Both the position numbers and the translations under genes were made by a program. A stretch of 62,391 bases of DNA from Aquabacterium sp. (GTDB lineage: Bacteria > Pseudomonadota > Gammaproteobacteria > Burkholderiales > Burkholderiaceae_C). Numbering within the stretch: position 1 is the stretch's first letter; the number at the start of each line of letters is the position of its first letter. The stretch covers positions 1 through 62,391 of the forward strand of contig DAORJC010000001.1 of the NCBI GenBank assembly GCA_035438885.1, in the 5' to 3' direction. Shown here piece after piece: positions 62,337 through 62,391 of the stretch. Below the pieces are notes generated by a model. The model did not search any database and had not been told where the DNA came from. It saw only the letters and a program-made list of their open reading frames with translations.

Positions 62337-62391
62337 ATGGGCAAGATCATCGGCATCGACCTGGGCACCACCAACTCGTGCGTTTCCATCA
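62337..62391 (+). CDS. dnaK: Chaperone DnaK, 5' fragment running off the window
   Basis: AGGAGA ribosome-binding site; MGKIIGIDLGTTNSCVSI. Confidence 0.95.
   Translation, partial: MGKIIGIDLGTTNSCVSI

Overview
GC-rich core-genome window, most likely from a Burkholderiales betaproteobacterium (inferred from synteny and protein style). It holds about 54 CDS and one tRNA-Val(GAC). In order: NRDE protein; a PsrA-like TetR fatty-acid cluster (fabG4-like reductase, MaoC dehydratase, thiolase, fadD, thioesterase-GNAT fusion); gbd plus a CapA-family phosphoesterase; GST, patatin and paeA; tex/pyrD; a pseudokinase-HDOD protein; addAB, trxA, rho, rpmE2; an ArnT-like glycosyltransferase; pstSCAB-phoU-phoBR with a divergent fasciclin lipoprotein; glmM, folP, ftsH, rlmE/yhbY; greA, carAB; rlmB; ybbA/tesA; phaR, tRNA-Val, relA, a PhaZc-like hydrolase and bdhA; mnmC, hslR, grpE and the start of dnaK. 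I found no mobile element, prophage, CRISPR array or defence island, and I cannot support a claim of a wholly new multi-gene system. The best leads are regulatory or domain-level: (1) back-to-back Pho-box promoters that appear to place a fasciclin lipoprotein in the phosphate-starvation regulon; (2) apparently leaderless mRNAs for several 50S biogenesis factors, including a bidirectional rlmE/yhbY promoter; (3) a carA leader starting GTTT, with a Pho-box-like site upstream; (4) degenerate catalytic domains in the kinase-HDOD protein and MnmC; (5) an EF-hand-like orphan lipoprotein; (6) structured leaders or trailers at rho, rpmE2, greA and tRNA-Val. All functional calls come from motif recognition by eye; no database searches were run.
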